A stretch of DNA of 64,000 bases from Eledone cirrhosa (lineage: Eukaryota). The stretch is from NCBI GenBank assembly GCA_964016885.1, contig OZ024741.1, forward strand, positions 311,674,001 to 311,738,000. The letters are read 5' to 3'. Below, in pieces: positions 25,805-38,678 of this stretch. The notes beneath the pieces are model-generated. The model saw nothing but the letters and a program-made list of their open reading frames with translations. It was not told the origin of the DNA and did no database searches. The translations under genes were made by a program, and so were the position numbers. Numbering within the stretch: the stretch's first letter is position 1; each line of letters opens with the position of its first letter.

Positions 25805-26016
25805 GTAACTAGTATTATATAATGTATAATAAATAACATTGAAATAAGGTAGAAAGATGGGTATATTTTTAAAGAAATATATATATATATGCCTTTGAGA
25901 AAAAGGATTTTAAATTGGTAAAGTATTAGATATTAGCTGTATACTTTATGGAATGTTCTGTGGAATTTATGCAAGCAGAGAGAAAATAAGCCAGTGCGTC
26001 TATTTATTATAGAATC

Positions 26017-26576
26017 TAATCAGCTCCTGATTATTTACTAGATTTCTATAAGAATATAACATCAATGATCTCAGTAGACAGGTGGTGTAGTTGGCCTTGA
26101 TAAGCTTCAACCAAAGCGAAACAAGTCTTGTCGGCTTTTCTCCCCTGTTTGCTGAGATCAAAGTGAGTGAATTTGTCACTACTTTAAAACAATAGCTTAC
26201 GGTCTTCAAAATGCTTTTAATTAAGCATAAAGTGTATTGCAAAATACATTATATATACATCCATATATATATTGCTATTTCAGAGCTCCAATTCTAATTT
26301 TTAATTTCTGCCTGACCAATAACCGCTCTGCATAATCAGCTCCTGATTATTTACTAGATTTCTATAAGAATATAACATCAATGATCCCAGTAGACAGGTG
26401 GGGTAGTTGGCCTTGATAAGCTTCAACCAAAGCGAAACAAGTCTTGTCGGCTTATCTCCCCTGTTTGCTGAGATCAAAGTGGGTGAATTTGTCACTACTT
26501 TGAAACAATAGCTGACGGTCTTCAAAATGCTTTTAATTAAGTATAAAGTGTATTGCAAAATACATTATATATACAT

Positions 26577-26580
<4 letters not shown>
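26017..26580 (+). ncRNA. Retrozyme-like tandem repeat (316-nt unit) with type I hammerheads at 26093-26136 and 26409-26452
   Basis: GGCC-UUGAUAA-GCUU-caacca-AAGC-GAAAC-aagucuu-GUC^-GGCU in both units, exactly 316 nt apart. Confidence 0.85.
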
Positions 26581-26628
<48 letters not shown>

Positions 26629-26695
26629 ATAATAATAAATTTGAAGACTAAAATCCATAAATTCGAAGACTAAAATAGATAAATATATAAATATA

Positions 26696-26802
<107 letters not shown>

Positions 26803-27000
26803 CGAAGGAAATGTGGTAAGGAACCAGGTGGACCATAACACACCAGAGTACTCGATACTTTGGGTAGTAGAGTGGGTAATAGGGAAAGGTTGTGGACCCC
26901 GGCGGCAGAGCTCAAGCCGTTTCGACAGCTATTTGAAAGTATTGCAGAAATACCCGCCGAAACGGCTTGAGATCTGCCGTCGAGTTCATGAACCTTTTCC

Positions 27001-27039
<39 letters not shown>

Positions 27040-29600
27040 GAGTGAAGAATAACACGGATGGGCTGTACAATAGAGAATATTCGAAGTATTAACAAATGTT
27101 TCATTAGTCCTGTGTGTCTAAAACCACAAATCGCAGTATGCCGCGACAATCGGTTTCAATTACAATTGACACGGGACCAGTTTTTGAAAATTCCGATTCT
27201 GTGTGTATGATAGAGTGCGCTAGTGTTTATAGATACATGAAAAATAACAAGTATAATAATAGTAAGGAAAGTATAGTGAAGAGGAGGATATTAGGATAAA
27301 GGCATGTAAACATAGTAACAATAATGACATGATAAAAAGTGATGTGAAAAGATAATATAAGGAAAATGATAAAAAAGTAAAAAAATAATAGAGATAGTAG
27401 CAAAATAAAAAAATGAAAAATGGGAAGTGGGGGTACAAAGTAACTGGACAGTGTAATAACATGGGATGAGATGGAACGAAACGATACAGATGACAGTGTA
27501 ATAGTGGGATAAGATGACATAAAAAGATAAAACAAAAAATATAAAACAAAGAAATAATTGTTTCTACTTTAGGCACAAGGCCAGCAATTACCCAGTGCAT
27601 TACTGGTACTTTATTTTATCGACCCCGTAAGGATGAAAGGCAAAGTCAACCTCGGCGGGATTTGAACTCAGATCTTAAAGGGACGTAACTATGCTGGAAA
27701 GCATGACGTCCGACCCTCTACCGATACTGCCAATCCACCACCCATAAAACAAAGAAATAATGATAACAGATGTGTAATTAGGATTGCGGGTATTTTGAAA
27801 AGTGTAATCTTAATGGGTAGAGGTGAAGATTCATGGTGATATTGACTATGAAGAGTGATTGGTGCTGTATGTGAGAGAAGGGATTTGAAGGGATGTGTCT
27901 TTAATGATAAAAATATTTAATCACCGAGGAAGTGCTGGTTAATCTTGCTTTCTATTGGTTGGTGGTGTAACTTTTGAAGTGTTAAAGAAAACTTGCGCTC
28001 ATACGTGATTAACCGTTAACTGTGGTAAGAAGGTGTCAAAGAAAACTTGCGCTCATACGGCAATTTTGCAGACACTATAAATCCTGGGAGTTGTATTGTT
28101 TACATGGATAATGAGGTTGCTGGATAGAGTCCTGTTTATCTCGGTTTGTAATTGGAAAATTTACTAGCGGCTTTGTGCCTACAGAATTTTCCGCTCGATT
28201 TTGCTGTATAGTAGCGTCTTATTATACTGTAGAATATGGAGTAATTCCATAGTGCATAGGGACATCCCGTTCCTGTAGCCTTTTGAATTCGATAATTTCA
28301 ACCAGCTAATTTTATACCCTTGATTATTGTCCTTAAGCTGCCAGATTTTAATAGCCAGCGTATTTGTGTTACTGGGCGTCCGGTACTTTATGGAGTGCCG
28401 ATGCACATACCATAGTTTTTAGTAGTCACCAGCCGTTGAACCTATGCAATACCACATATAGTTGCCAGACTTAATAGTGCACAAATATACTATACCAGAA
28501 TCCAGGCATCTATTGAGTAGTGGGCATTTATCTGACAGGTGGCAGTTACATTTGGAGGCCTTCCAATGTGCTGGTTCCTCGTTATAGTTCGATTTGTGAT
28601 TTGAGATGGACTGGGATGCTAGTCTGTTTGTGTTTTGTTGTGCCATATATCGACGGACAGCCGGTTGTGATGCTGTTATGTGGTTGTGTTTTGTATTTGA
28701 TGCCGTGGTGATGGTTTGTGGACTACAGTGTTTAGATATTCTCCTGGGGTTTTTTATGTGTGATTCGTAGTTGATATCCTCAAGTGTAGCTTCAAGGGTT
28801 TTCCTATATTTTTTATGTAGTTCACGGCGTATAAAGCTGTTGTAGGTGTCTAGGCTCATGGTGTATACGTTCGATGTTTTGTCCGCTTTAACTATAATTC
28901 CGTCAGTGTTGCGTAGTCTTTTCAAAAGTGTATTGATGTCGTTCTGCAGATTGTTGTGCCCATTGCGTTTTTTAAAACTTAATTCCACTTCTCATGTTCA
29001 TGAGGTCGAGTTCAAAAGCGTCAAGCTCGGGGTTACTTGGTGGATTTGGGCGAGATTTAAATCCGTATTTCTGTTTAGTGTTTCCCTCAGTATCAATTGT
29101 GTATCCTTTGTCGTAATGATATCCTTTCCATCGGATTCGATGGTTAAAATCACTGGTGCGCTGTATCATACCGAGTGTATAATCCCTGTTTGTATGTATA
29201 GGCAACATTCTAGTGACATGCCTATGTTGTGCTTTTCCACGTTAATGCCTGGTGTTAAAATTCTTACTCAACTTGGTTGGAGCTAATCATATAAGGTAAC
29301 GAGGTATCGTTTAAGGTAATCCAAATAGAGGTTATGAGTACTCCTTTATCAGGGATAGTTTAACATTCGGCGTTGTTTCACTTAGCAAGACATTTACTTA
29401 GTTGTGGTGTTCGGGTGGCAGATTCAAGACATTTCCTAGGTAAGCAGTTCCTGGAGTATTAATAATAAAGGAGTGAAAAATAACATGGATCTGCTGTATG
29501 ATAGGGGTTATTCGAAGTATTAACAAATGTTGCATTAGTCCGCTGTGATTAAAACCGCTATTCGCAGTATGAGGCATCACCCGATTTTAATTACCATTGA
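27040..29600 (-). mobile_element. Internally deleted Penelope-like element
   Basis: HRIRWKG..YGFKS..PP..PELDAFE.DL, VKADKTSNVY joined to CNC....KCPLLNRCL..IVYLC..YCIGST; central RT missing; related HHR 3'-half repeats at about 27070-27150 and 29505-29580. Confidence 0.8.
27558..27743 (-). mobile_element. Full-length tRNA-derived octopus-type SINE
   Basis: A/B boxes on minus strand; TSD ATAAAACAAAGAAATAAT; further copies at about 41189-41301, 43037-43126, 43686-43837 and 55201-55291. Confidence 0.9.
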
Positions 29601-30047
29601 TACCCGATCAAATATATATTTCGAAACATATATATATCAGGATAGAACCAGTTATAAACTCGTTAGACCATTACTCTAGAGAGTACTGTATACTTGGGGT
29701 AGTAGAGTATGACTCTATTATAATGAAGCAGTATCCGAGGACTGAGATCTTGCCTTTTCAACAACTAGTTCGAGAGACTGGAGCTAGCTAACTAGCTGTT
29801 GAGATAAGGAGGTTTCAGCCGTTGGGTTCCGATTCCTTAATATATATATATATATATATATTCCAGAATTCATTGACTTGCGCATGTATTGTTTTTTGGC
29901 GGCAATTTCCTTCCTCCCTTTTTGAGACAGTGTGAAATTTTCTTTAGAACTGCTGGGCTAGCAACCTAGCATGTACCTCAAGCACTGATGGTGATTATCG
30001 CTAAATATTGATGTTGATTTGATTATCAATATTAATATTATAGGGCA

Positions 30048-30175
30048 CCCACTGAAGAATTATAACAGCCCACTTGAATAAGTATCTGTTGATATTATAC
30101 AAGCTTCTACATAAAATTGGTATAATTTCACCGAAGATGTAGAAATCTTATAATGAAACGAGACGTCTGTCTGGG
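30048..30175 (+). ncRNA. Type I hammerhead ribozyme with 82-nt loop 2
   Basis: CCCA-CUGAAGA-AUUAUAA-[82 nt]-UUAUAAU-GAAAC-gAGACGUCU-GUC^-UGGG; all core positions canonical, palindromic loop 3. Confidence 0.72.
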
Positions 30176-30344
30176 AATAGATATACTTGATATATCTCAT
30201 ATGAAATGATACAGCCAATTTTCCACACAATACAATTAGTTAGCAACCGAACGTTTAATTGGGAATATACTCAGTTTTTTCCTAATGTTTGTTGAGTGAG
30301 CTGGGATTTGGCCGGAGTACCGCTATTAGCTTTCTCCGATTATG

Positions 30345-30388
<44 letters not shown>

Positions 30389-30612
30389 TATTTAATATAA
30401 ACATAGCTTCTACAGGACTTGAACTGTTTCATTCTGGAGAACCCACCAGGAAGCCCGTGATGGTTAAGAGAGGCACTGTAATTCCGAAAAGATACGTTTT
30501 CACCGGGTTCAATCGGGAGTAACCACAGTAATTAAGGTAGTCACTACATAGTAGAGTATAAATATTTAATATAGAAATGTCTTCTACAGGACATGATCTG
30601 ATTCATTTATAT

Positions 30613-30797
30613 TGTGGATGGGCAGTATCGGTAGAGGGTCGGAAGTCATGCTTTGCAGCAAAGAGTTACGGCCCTTTATGGTCTGAGTTCAAATCCCGCC
30701 GAGGTTAACTTTGCCTTTCATCCTTACAGGGTCGATAAAATAAAGTACCAGTATTGTACTGGGTAATTGCTGGCCTTGTGCCAAAAGTAGAAAAATT
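30613..30797 (+). mobile_element. Full-length SINE
   Basis: GGCAGTATCGG A box, GAGTTCAAATC B box, family 3' end. Confidence 0.88.
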
Positions 30798-31204
30798 ATT
30801 ATAATCTCTACGTTAAACAGAAATAATTGTGATGGGCTGCTAGAGTTATTGTAAGTGGTGTACAACAAGTGTTACTCAGCCAGTTTCATTGTTTAACCGT
30901 CAGTGGTAAAGATTCCTATTTCATATTCGGCGGACAAGTCGACCCCTGGATTTGGATAGATATTTTGGATAGTTATAAAATAGGAACCTCTACCACTGAC
31001 TGTTAAACAGTGAAACTGGCTGTCTAGCAGCCCATCACAATTTGTTCTGTTTAAGTCTGTTTAACGTAGAGATTATAATAATATCTGACTTTCCGTAGCT
31101 TAGAGTGTAGGTTACGATAGGTTGGTTAAATTTAGGCTAGGCTGATACCCTCAGTCAGTTAGAACTCACTTACGACTGAAGTGTTAGAAGATGTGTCTTA
31201 GAAA

Positions 31205-31637
31205 ACATATGGTAATTTCCCCACGAAACAAAAATGGCCGAAAGTAAAAATGTATCGCCATGTAATGCTGATAAAGTGAGGTTAAGGACATTTTAGGTTT
31301 TTTAAAATTAACGCGTATCAAGTAATGGTGTGGTAGCAGGTTGTTTACTAATAAAACAGATCAGTTAAATTATTTTGTTAACTGTAAAATCAATTTTACA
31401 AATTGTATTTTCTTCACATGCATTTTTTATTTTACAACTATTTAGTGTTTATTTCCATATTTTATATTTTGTGCAAATAATGTACGGCAAGCATATCTAC
31501 GGCTGGGGAGAAGGTAATGCCTTATTTTTAGGAGGCTTCGTCTTATCCGGCGTATATAGGCCTAAAACTGAAATAGATCTGATAATTTCAGGGGTCGACC
31601 TATGTGCCGGATCAACTTTTACGCCGGCATTACGGTA
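31205..31637. mobile_element. Non-autonomous DNA-transposon-like repeat (pogo/Tc-like ends); copies at 45485-45912, 50095-50720, 63206-63833
   Basis: Starts (TAC)GGTAATTTCCCCACGAAAC, ends GTCGACCTATG...TTTACGCCGGCATTACGGTA; four similar copies; superfamily call tentative. Confidence 0.45.
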
Positions 31638-31749
31638 TATATTTACATAATTGTATGTATGTATGTGTGTGTGTATATATATATATATATTTCGTTTATC
31701 AAGAATTTGTTTAGCAAGATTCTTTATCTCAAAACGTGTGTTGAAACCG

Positions 31750-33505
31750 ATATTGTTATACTTTGGGAGGGTCATGTTGCCAATAAGAAACACACGCACC
31801 GAATGCGACACTCCAATTTATTATAAATTGAATTTATAAATTGAAGAATTTATAAATTTCCGGTTGGTTGGTTCCACAACCGGATGGTTGTTCATATATT
31901 GTCAAAGTTCTTTCGTCACACATTCTGTGACCTCTTAAGTGACTGGATATTATTTTCTTTATTTTGTGCCTCTCCTTTGTTCTGTCCCACGCCATCTTGT
32001 GTTTGTGTGTGTTGTGTGCTTCGTTTGCGCATGTCTTACATCCGGGTGTCTGTGTGTGTTTTTATTTGTTTATTTATTTGTTTATTTACATGTTACTGGT
32101 TGGTTGTTTGTTCTATGTGTGTGTGTTTTCATTTTATCCTTAATTGTAAGTTGTGATGTTGCTATTCCATTCATGTTTTCTAGTTAATTTTAGTTGGAGT
32201 TCATTTATGTTTATTGCTTCTCTGACTTGTCTAAACATTGTGTCTTTTCTGTGTGTAGATTTTATTTTTATTTCTATGTTCTCTAATTTGCCCTTATGTT
32301 CTATTTTAGCATGTTGGTGGAGTATTGATGATTCTTTTTTATCTTGAAGCTTTCGCCAGTGTTCATTTAACCGTTCTCCTATACTACAAGCTGTCTCACC
32401 TATGTACACTATATTCTTATCTTTACATTGTCCTTCAGTAGAGTCTATGCTATATACTACATTTCTAGTTTTACAGTTAAGATGGGGGCTTAGTTTACAG
32501 ATTATGCATTTCTTATTTATACAGGGAGGTCTTTGAAAAGGGTATGTATTACTAATAAGTGTTTTTATGGAGGTACTATCTTAATATTAAGTTTAAGTTT
32601 ATCTTGGGCCCTTCTAAATTTGTAACTAATTCACCTCTAGGGTTGTATTGATGAACATTACACTCTGGAATTTATTGCTATCATACCATGTGTTTATTCT
32701 ATTAACCTTATTCCTAGTTCTTTCTATTCTATTCCAAAATTTGCTGCTATACAAGGGGCAGGACCCATTTGTATCATTATTTACCATTTTTTCCCATTTG
32801 GTTCTGTCTCCTCTATATACTCTGATTTTATCTCTCTGATTGTAACCAGAGAACTTCATACGGTGGATGAAGTGTTGTATGTGTCTCTCTAGTTCTTTGG
32901 GGTTGCACATGCGGGACACGTTTCTCATCACCCGTACCAAATCCCCAATCAGTATGTTGATTTTGGTATGATCCGAAACAGCTGAGTTTCGGTGGATCAG
33001 ATATTTGGAAGTCATGGGTTTGGCATAATGGAAATGGAGGATATGTTTTTTGTTATTAATGGTTTCTAACCAGAGCTCTGTGTCTAGTACAGGTAATCGA
33101 TGGTTGGGGTGTTTGCTTGGGTACATCTTATGCTATATACTACATTTCTAGTTTACGAGTCCACGCCACGACTTTAACTTTTAAGAAACGCACGCAATTG
33201 CCGTCGCAGGTCGATGAACAAACAGAAGCACAAACTAAGCACACAGCACACATAAAAACAAGATGGCATAGGACAGACCAAAGAAGAGGCACAAAACAAA
33301 TAATAGAATCCCCAGTCACTGAAGAGGTCACAGAATGTGTGACGAAAGAACTTTGACAATATAAGAACAACCGTCCGGTTGTGGAACCAACCAACCAACC
33401 GGAAATTTATAAATTCTTAAATTTATAAATTCAATTTATGATAAATCGGAGTGAAAGGGACTGGTGCGTGTGTTTCTTATTGGCAACGTGACCCTCCCAA
33501 AGTAT

Positions 33506-33512
<7 letters not shown>
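31750..33512 (-). mobile_element. Penelope-like fragment (RT thumb + GIY-YIG) between inverted repeats of about 280 bp
   Basis: LPVLDTELW..HFHYAKPMTS...SA...KINIL; VVYSI...VYIGETACSIGERLNEH..R.VREA.NI; arms 31750-32027 and 33231-33512. Confidence 0.85.
33315..33357 (+). ncRNA. Minimal type I hammerhead (mutated inverted copy at about 31901-31943)
   Basis: GUCA-CUGAAGA-g-GUCACA-gaaug-UGUGAC-GAAAG-aa-CUU^-UGAC; one extra G after the core, very short stem III. Confidence 0.65.
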
Positions 33513-33567
<55 letters not shown>

Positions 33568-33708
33568 GATATTAACACATGGAAACTATATTTATAAAAC
33601 CATATTTATTTCGTTATACATATTTCAAGGACACCAAGTTAAATTATGGTGTGCTTTCATCAGATAAAATATAATATAGAGCAGTTTTATAAATAAATAT
33701 TGACATAC

Positions 33709-33834
33709 CCTTAAATAATGCAACCATTACTGTTGGAAGCTCCCGGGTAGTAGTTAATATCGTATTTTTACACCAATTATTTGTTGAGTGCTTTATATCA
33801 GTTATAAAAATATTTGCTTGTTGTATCCCAACAA
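33709..33834 (-). CDS. 126-nt phase-1 symmetric extracellular linker exon
   Basis: ctatttaag|TT GTT GGG...TTT AAG G|gtatgt; open frame VVGIQQANIFITDIKHSTNNWCKNTILTTTRELPTVMVALFK(G); phase fits the EGF and TM exons. Confidence 0.65.
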
Positions 33835-33938
33835 CTTAAATAGAACTTTTACATATATATATAGTACATTATGAAGAGAGAAGAAACATTTAGATATAAT
33901 TAGTAATAAAATGTATCATACCTAAACTGCTCCTAGAT

Positions 33939-34028
33939 TCCTCGACTACGTAGTTTCGTGGCATAAACAAAAACAATACATCTTAAAGATATAGAGTTTT
34001 TGCGAGGTCTGCCGACTTATCAAGAGGA
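33939..34028 (-). ncRNA. Type I hammerhead with U3-A8 variant core
   Basis: UCCUC-UUGAUAA-GUcGGCA...UGCCAC-GAAAC-UACGUA-GUC^-GAGGA; perfect 5-bp stem I, stem-loop III is the palindrome ACUACGUAGU. Confidence 0.8.
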
Positions 34029-34428
34029 TACCTCGTTTTACTAGCTTCAAGAACGCGTCTATATGATGTGAGAAAGAATCCCAAAAGGCGGAGGGGGAGA
34101 TAGTCACGTGATACAACGGTCAAGAAACAGAGCTAAGCCTCTTATAACCCCGAAGAAAATACAACGGAGGCGGAGGGGGTATTTATATCGAAGCCGTAGA
34201 AGAGGTGGTGAAGGAGGCGAGAAGTATGAGTAATGGCAGCTTTCCAGCAGTCACCACACTTCAAAGATTACTTGTCGTGCATATATATATGTGATTGTGT
34301 GTGTGTATAAGTCTATGACCAGTGTATATATATTACAGACACCCACCCACACATACACGCACACATATTCACACACACATATATATATACATATATATAC
34401 ATATATATATATACAGACACACATTTAT

Positions 34429-34460
<32 letters not shown>

Positions 34461-34503
34461 GTGTATTAATACACACACATTTACATACATACATACACAC
34501 ACG

Positions 34504-34535
<32 letters not shown>

Positions 34536-34889
34536 TGTATAGGCCTTCCACTTTCATTTCATATTATATACATGTCTGTCATCATCATCATCATCATCAT
34601 CATCATCACCGTTTTACGTCCGTTCTTCCATGCTAGCATGGGTTGTATATTCTAATCCCTTAAAAATGTTTTTAAGTGGACAGTATTAAAAAAAAAATAT
34701 TTTGAAAGTGAATGTGACCCAATGGGTCACTGGTGCTCTGGTGCATAATATTTATAAACAATTGAAAGTCTTCAGCTATGAGTGGAGGCTGATGAGGCAC
34801 TGCCATCTAACGGATTCCAACAGAGGTAAGGGCGAGTAAACCTCAACGTTCTTCGTTTATGACTCTAGTGTGTATAAAGACAGTGCTCC

Positions 34890-35014
<125 letters not shown>

Positions 35015-35041
35015 TAAATACGCAACAAGTTTTTGATATAC

Positions 35042-35176
35042 CTTGTTGGCAATTTTCACCAACATAACCTGCAGCACATCCATCTGGACATATTCCACTT
35101 AGCGTGTCACAGTTTCTATTGTCGCGACAATGGCATTCCCCTGTACAATTACCACCAAAGTTTCCTATTCGGCATT
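35042..35176 (-). CDS. EGF-like exon (type B)
   Basis: tttcag|AA TGC...CAA CAA G|gtatat; 135 nt; ECRIGNFGGNCTGECHCRDNRNCDTLSGICPDGCAAGYVGENCQQ. Confidence 0.93.
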
Positions 35177-35281
35177 CTGAAATATATGTAAGATTTCTAT
35201 ATTAAACATCATATTTACACACACACACAAACGCATGTACGCACACATTCGCACTAACCCACACCCACACAAACACACACT

Positions 35282-35341
<60 letters not shown>

Positions 35342-35385
35342 GTATATAATAATTATTGTAATTATGTAACAAGTTTATGATATAC

Positions 35386-35517
35386 CTTGGCAATTGTCAC
35401 CAACATAACCTGTAGAACATCCATCTGAACATATTCCATATCGCTTGTCACAGTTACAATTCTCGAGACAATGGCATATCCTCTTACAAGCAACACCAAA
35501 CGTTCCTACTGGGCATT
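35386..35517 (-). CDS. EGF-like exon (type A)
   Basis: gttcag|AA TGC...CAA G|gtatat; 132 nt; ECPVGTFGVACKRICHCLENCNCDKRYGICSDGCSTGYVGDNCQ. Confidence 0.93.
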
Positions 35518-35754
35518 CTGAACATATCAATGTATATGATAATGTTGAAGATATCATTAATTACATACAGATATCAATGATACAATTTTATACCAAATTT
35601 TAAGATTACCATAATAAAAATACCATAATAAAAATAATCATATCCTACAAAATCGTCACATATTCTAACGGTTCCTACGATATGTATTTGCGACACACAC
35701 ATATGTATATATATAATATAGTGTATCTATATAAATGCATACATACATACATAC

Positions 35755-36630
35755 AAGGGAGATACACTTACACCAGAATGGTTGACAAACAATACTGGTT
35801 CCCAAGAACAAATCCACCCACCTGGCAAAAGACAACCAACCCATTGCATGACAGAACCTCAGGCATAAGGTGTATACAGCCTGCCTGAACCTATTCCTCC
35901 AAAATCCATGTGAAAATAATCATATCATCGCAGATGAACTAGCAGCTGGAAAGAAAGGGGTTTGGGGGTGTGTTGAACAATTACTAATCAACAAAACAGC
36001 GATGTGGGAGGTGCGACAACTAAGGAGGAATATGGCTACAGTCTGGCTGGACTACAGGAAAGCTTTCGATTCTGCTCCTTCTTCTTGGGCTACTATCCTA
36101 AAGTTAAAGACAGAGAAGGAGGGCTCTATTTTCACTGATAAAATAAAATATCACAGAGGTATATTTCAAGGAGACAGTCTCTGTGTGATATTATTTATCA
36201 TGTGATTAAACTCTTTGTCTTTTCTGCTCAAGAAATGTGAAGGATACATCATTGGCTCACAGGAAGACAGAAATACTAGCCTAACCCATAATTTCTTTGT
36301 GGATGGTCTGAAACTCTATGCCAAGAACATAGATGGGATGAGGGAAAATTTTGACCTGGTTACAACGTTCTCAAAGGATATAGGAATGGAGTTTGTTCAA
36401 GATAAATGTTCATATATGACTGTAAAGTAGGGATAAACAACAACCCAATATAGCAACATTGACATCAATGGCCTAACTGTGTCACCTATATCTGATGAGA
36501 ACTTTTACAGGGGATAGACGAGAACATATCATATAATGTTATCTGTAATAATGAGAGAGTCTTGTAACTATGTTAGAAACTGCCTCTCTATTGGCAAACA
36601 TTTGTGAAATTATAAAACCACAAGAACATA
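35755..36630 (+). mobile_element. R4/Dong-clade LINE fragment, multiply deleted (related fragment 42472-42925)
   Basis: AGKKGVWGCVEQLLINK, WLDYRKAFDS, GIFQGDSL, HNFFVDGLKLYA; family 3' end then (CATA)n. Confidence 0.85.
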
Positions 36631-36929
36631 CATATACATATATCTAAACTATAATAAAGTATGGCTGTGAGACTGCGTACGGTTTATTTCTTTTAATCAA
36701 TAAGTTGGATTACTTTGAATAAATAATGAATGAATATTACATAATTTATGTCCTAAAAACATAAATAATTTAAAATTGACTTCTTTTCAAATTTTCATTC
36801 ATATTTCTACACTTCCTGTATAGCGTCGCCACCAACACCACTTCAACTACCATATATATAGAAAGAGAGAGTGTGTGATGAGATAGATAGAGAGATTATG
36901 ATTTTCTAGACGCTGACGCGTATTTTAGG

Positions 36930-38420
36930 TATATACACACTCAGGTATATACACACTCAGGTAAGACCGATTACGCGCATTCACTATTACTTTAGGATAC
37001 CCTAACCATTGAGTTCTCTCGGTTAGGATATAGCTAGACGTATTACACACTCAGTTAAGACCGATTACGCTCTCTATACATAAATCTACACACAATACCC
37101 GGTTTCTTTAGACACTGAGTTCCCACAGTTATGACTGGTCACGTTCCTATCGATTGAACACTATACTAGGTTTTGATCCGTGATCATCTAACCGTGGAGT
37201 GCTCACGGTTACAGATTGGACAATAATACTTACACACCATTAATGGGCCTACACACATCCTCTGGGTTTTGCTATTCTTTGTTATTTTATTTCATTTTTG
37301 TGTTGGATAATACACCTTCACCACTCAAACACCTATCTTAAAATCTCAAGGGCCGATATGACGGGAATACTGACACCTTAACCGAAATACCCAACCCTAC
37401 AGAGAGCCCCTTGGTGGCCTACATAGCGGTTGATTGCACGCACAGATTTAGGGACTCAGATTCTCAATGGGACAACGGCACATACAGAGTTCGATATGAG
37501 CTGATTACTTGCTCTTCACATGGATGTGTATATACCTTAACATACACATTTTGGTTGATACGGAAGTGTATATACCATAACATACACTATTTGGAGATAC
37601 GGATGTTACAATTCAATCTATACACGTATAGCAGAAGATTGAACTGAACTTACTTGCATGTGTATAGGGTTGCGGTTGATCCCATTTTTCCAATTCTTTT
37701 GGACGATACGGATGTGTATATACCCTAACATACACTATTTGGAGATACCGATGTTACAATTCAATCTATACACATATAGCAGAACATGGAACTGAACTTA
37801 CTTGCGTGTATATAGGGTTGCGGTTGATCCCATTTTTCCAATTTACGTCGTCAAATTGAGATTTGACCAATATAACATTTGTTGTTTTGTAAACTAACTT
37901 TAGGTGAATACTATGTTGGTATATTTATATTTTTTCTTTGACCTCGTGTCAGTGTGTGTGAGTGTGTGTGTACTCACTCACACTAACTGTGACCGTCTAT
38001 AGTTCTACAGATTTGATGCTATGTTGGTATATATATTTTTTCTTTGACCTCGCGTCGGTGTGTGTTTCTGTGTGTGTACCCATTCATATTAACTGGGACC
38101 GACTGTAATTCTACAGATTTGATTGATGTCCAGCCACTTTTACAGCTATTGGGAGATAGAGACTTGATCATTTTATGACCCTAACTGAGGACGATAGCAG
38201 TCGAAGTGTTTTGACTGCTTGATCTTCATATGAGGGACTAAACTCTGTGAGTGAACATCGTTAGTTTTCTCCCTCATATCAAGGATTTGAAGACAATTCA
38301 TTTTCACCTGACGAGTTCAGTGAAAATCGATCATAGCTACACGATCGATCTATTTCTTATTGAAACATGAGTCGTGATTAAAATGATTGGAAATTTATAC
38401 CATGCCTTCGGATCTTTATT
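36930..38420 (+). mobile_element. Penelope-associated long repeat (pLTR-like) with about 150-bp internal tandem and HHR motif at 38304-38377
   Basis: Matches 57110-58560, which adjoins a GIY-YIG remnant; UCAC-CUGACGA...GAAAC-auga-GUC-GUGA, stem II degenerate; copy at 58450-58523 has GCC at the cleavage triplet. Confidence 0.65.
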
Positions 38421-38605
38421 TATATATATATATATATGCATTTAGAACTATTCGAACTCTTTCATTCAAATGTAATAATCAGTAAACCCGTTTCCAGATG
38501 ATTTCTTTCGATGAAACTATTCTAATCCTGTGGAAGCGATTTCTCTATTAAACATCATATTTACACATAGACACACATAAACACACACACACACGCACGC
38601 AAACT

Positions 38606-38678
<73 letters not shown>

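Noticed and set aside
26268-26345. Opposite-polarity hammerhead in the retrozyme unit (CUGAUUA...GCUCU-GAAAUAGC)
   Set aside because: Core defective, no stem I, and CUAAUUA in the 51-kb copies; not enough for an ambisense viroid-like claim
26000-26558. Two similar 80-85 aa minus-strand ORFs
   Set aside because: Antisense shadows of the retrozyme units; not maintained in the 51-kb homologue
27680-27743. tRNA gene
   Set aside because: A/B boxes belong to SINE heads; no cloverleaf
30074-30166. Possible 93-nt phase-1 exon (DVSFHYKIST...)
   Set aside because: Weak donor, and it lies within the plus-strand hammerhead, which explains the sequence better
37520-37850. About 150-bp tandem repeat considered as retrozyme or CRISPR-like array
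   Set aside because: No ribozyme core and no unique spacers; internal tandem of the pLTR, in a eukaryotic context
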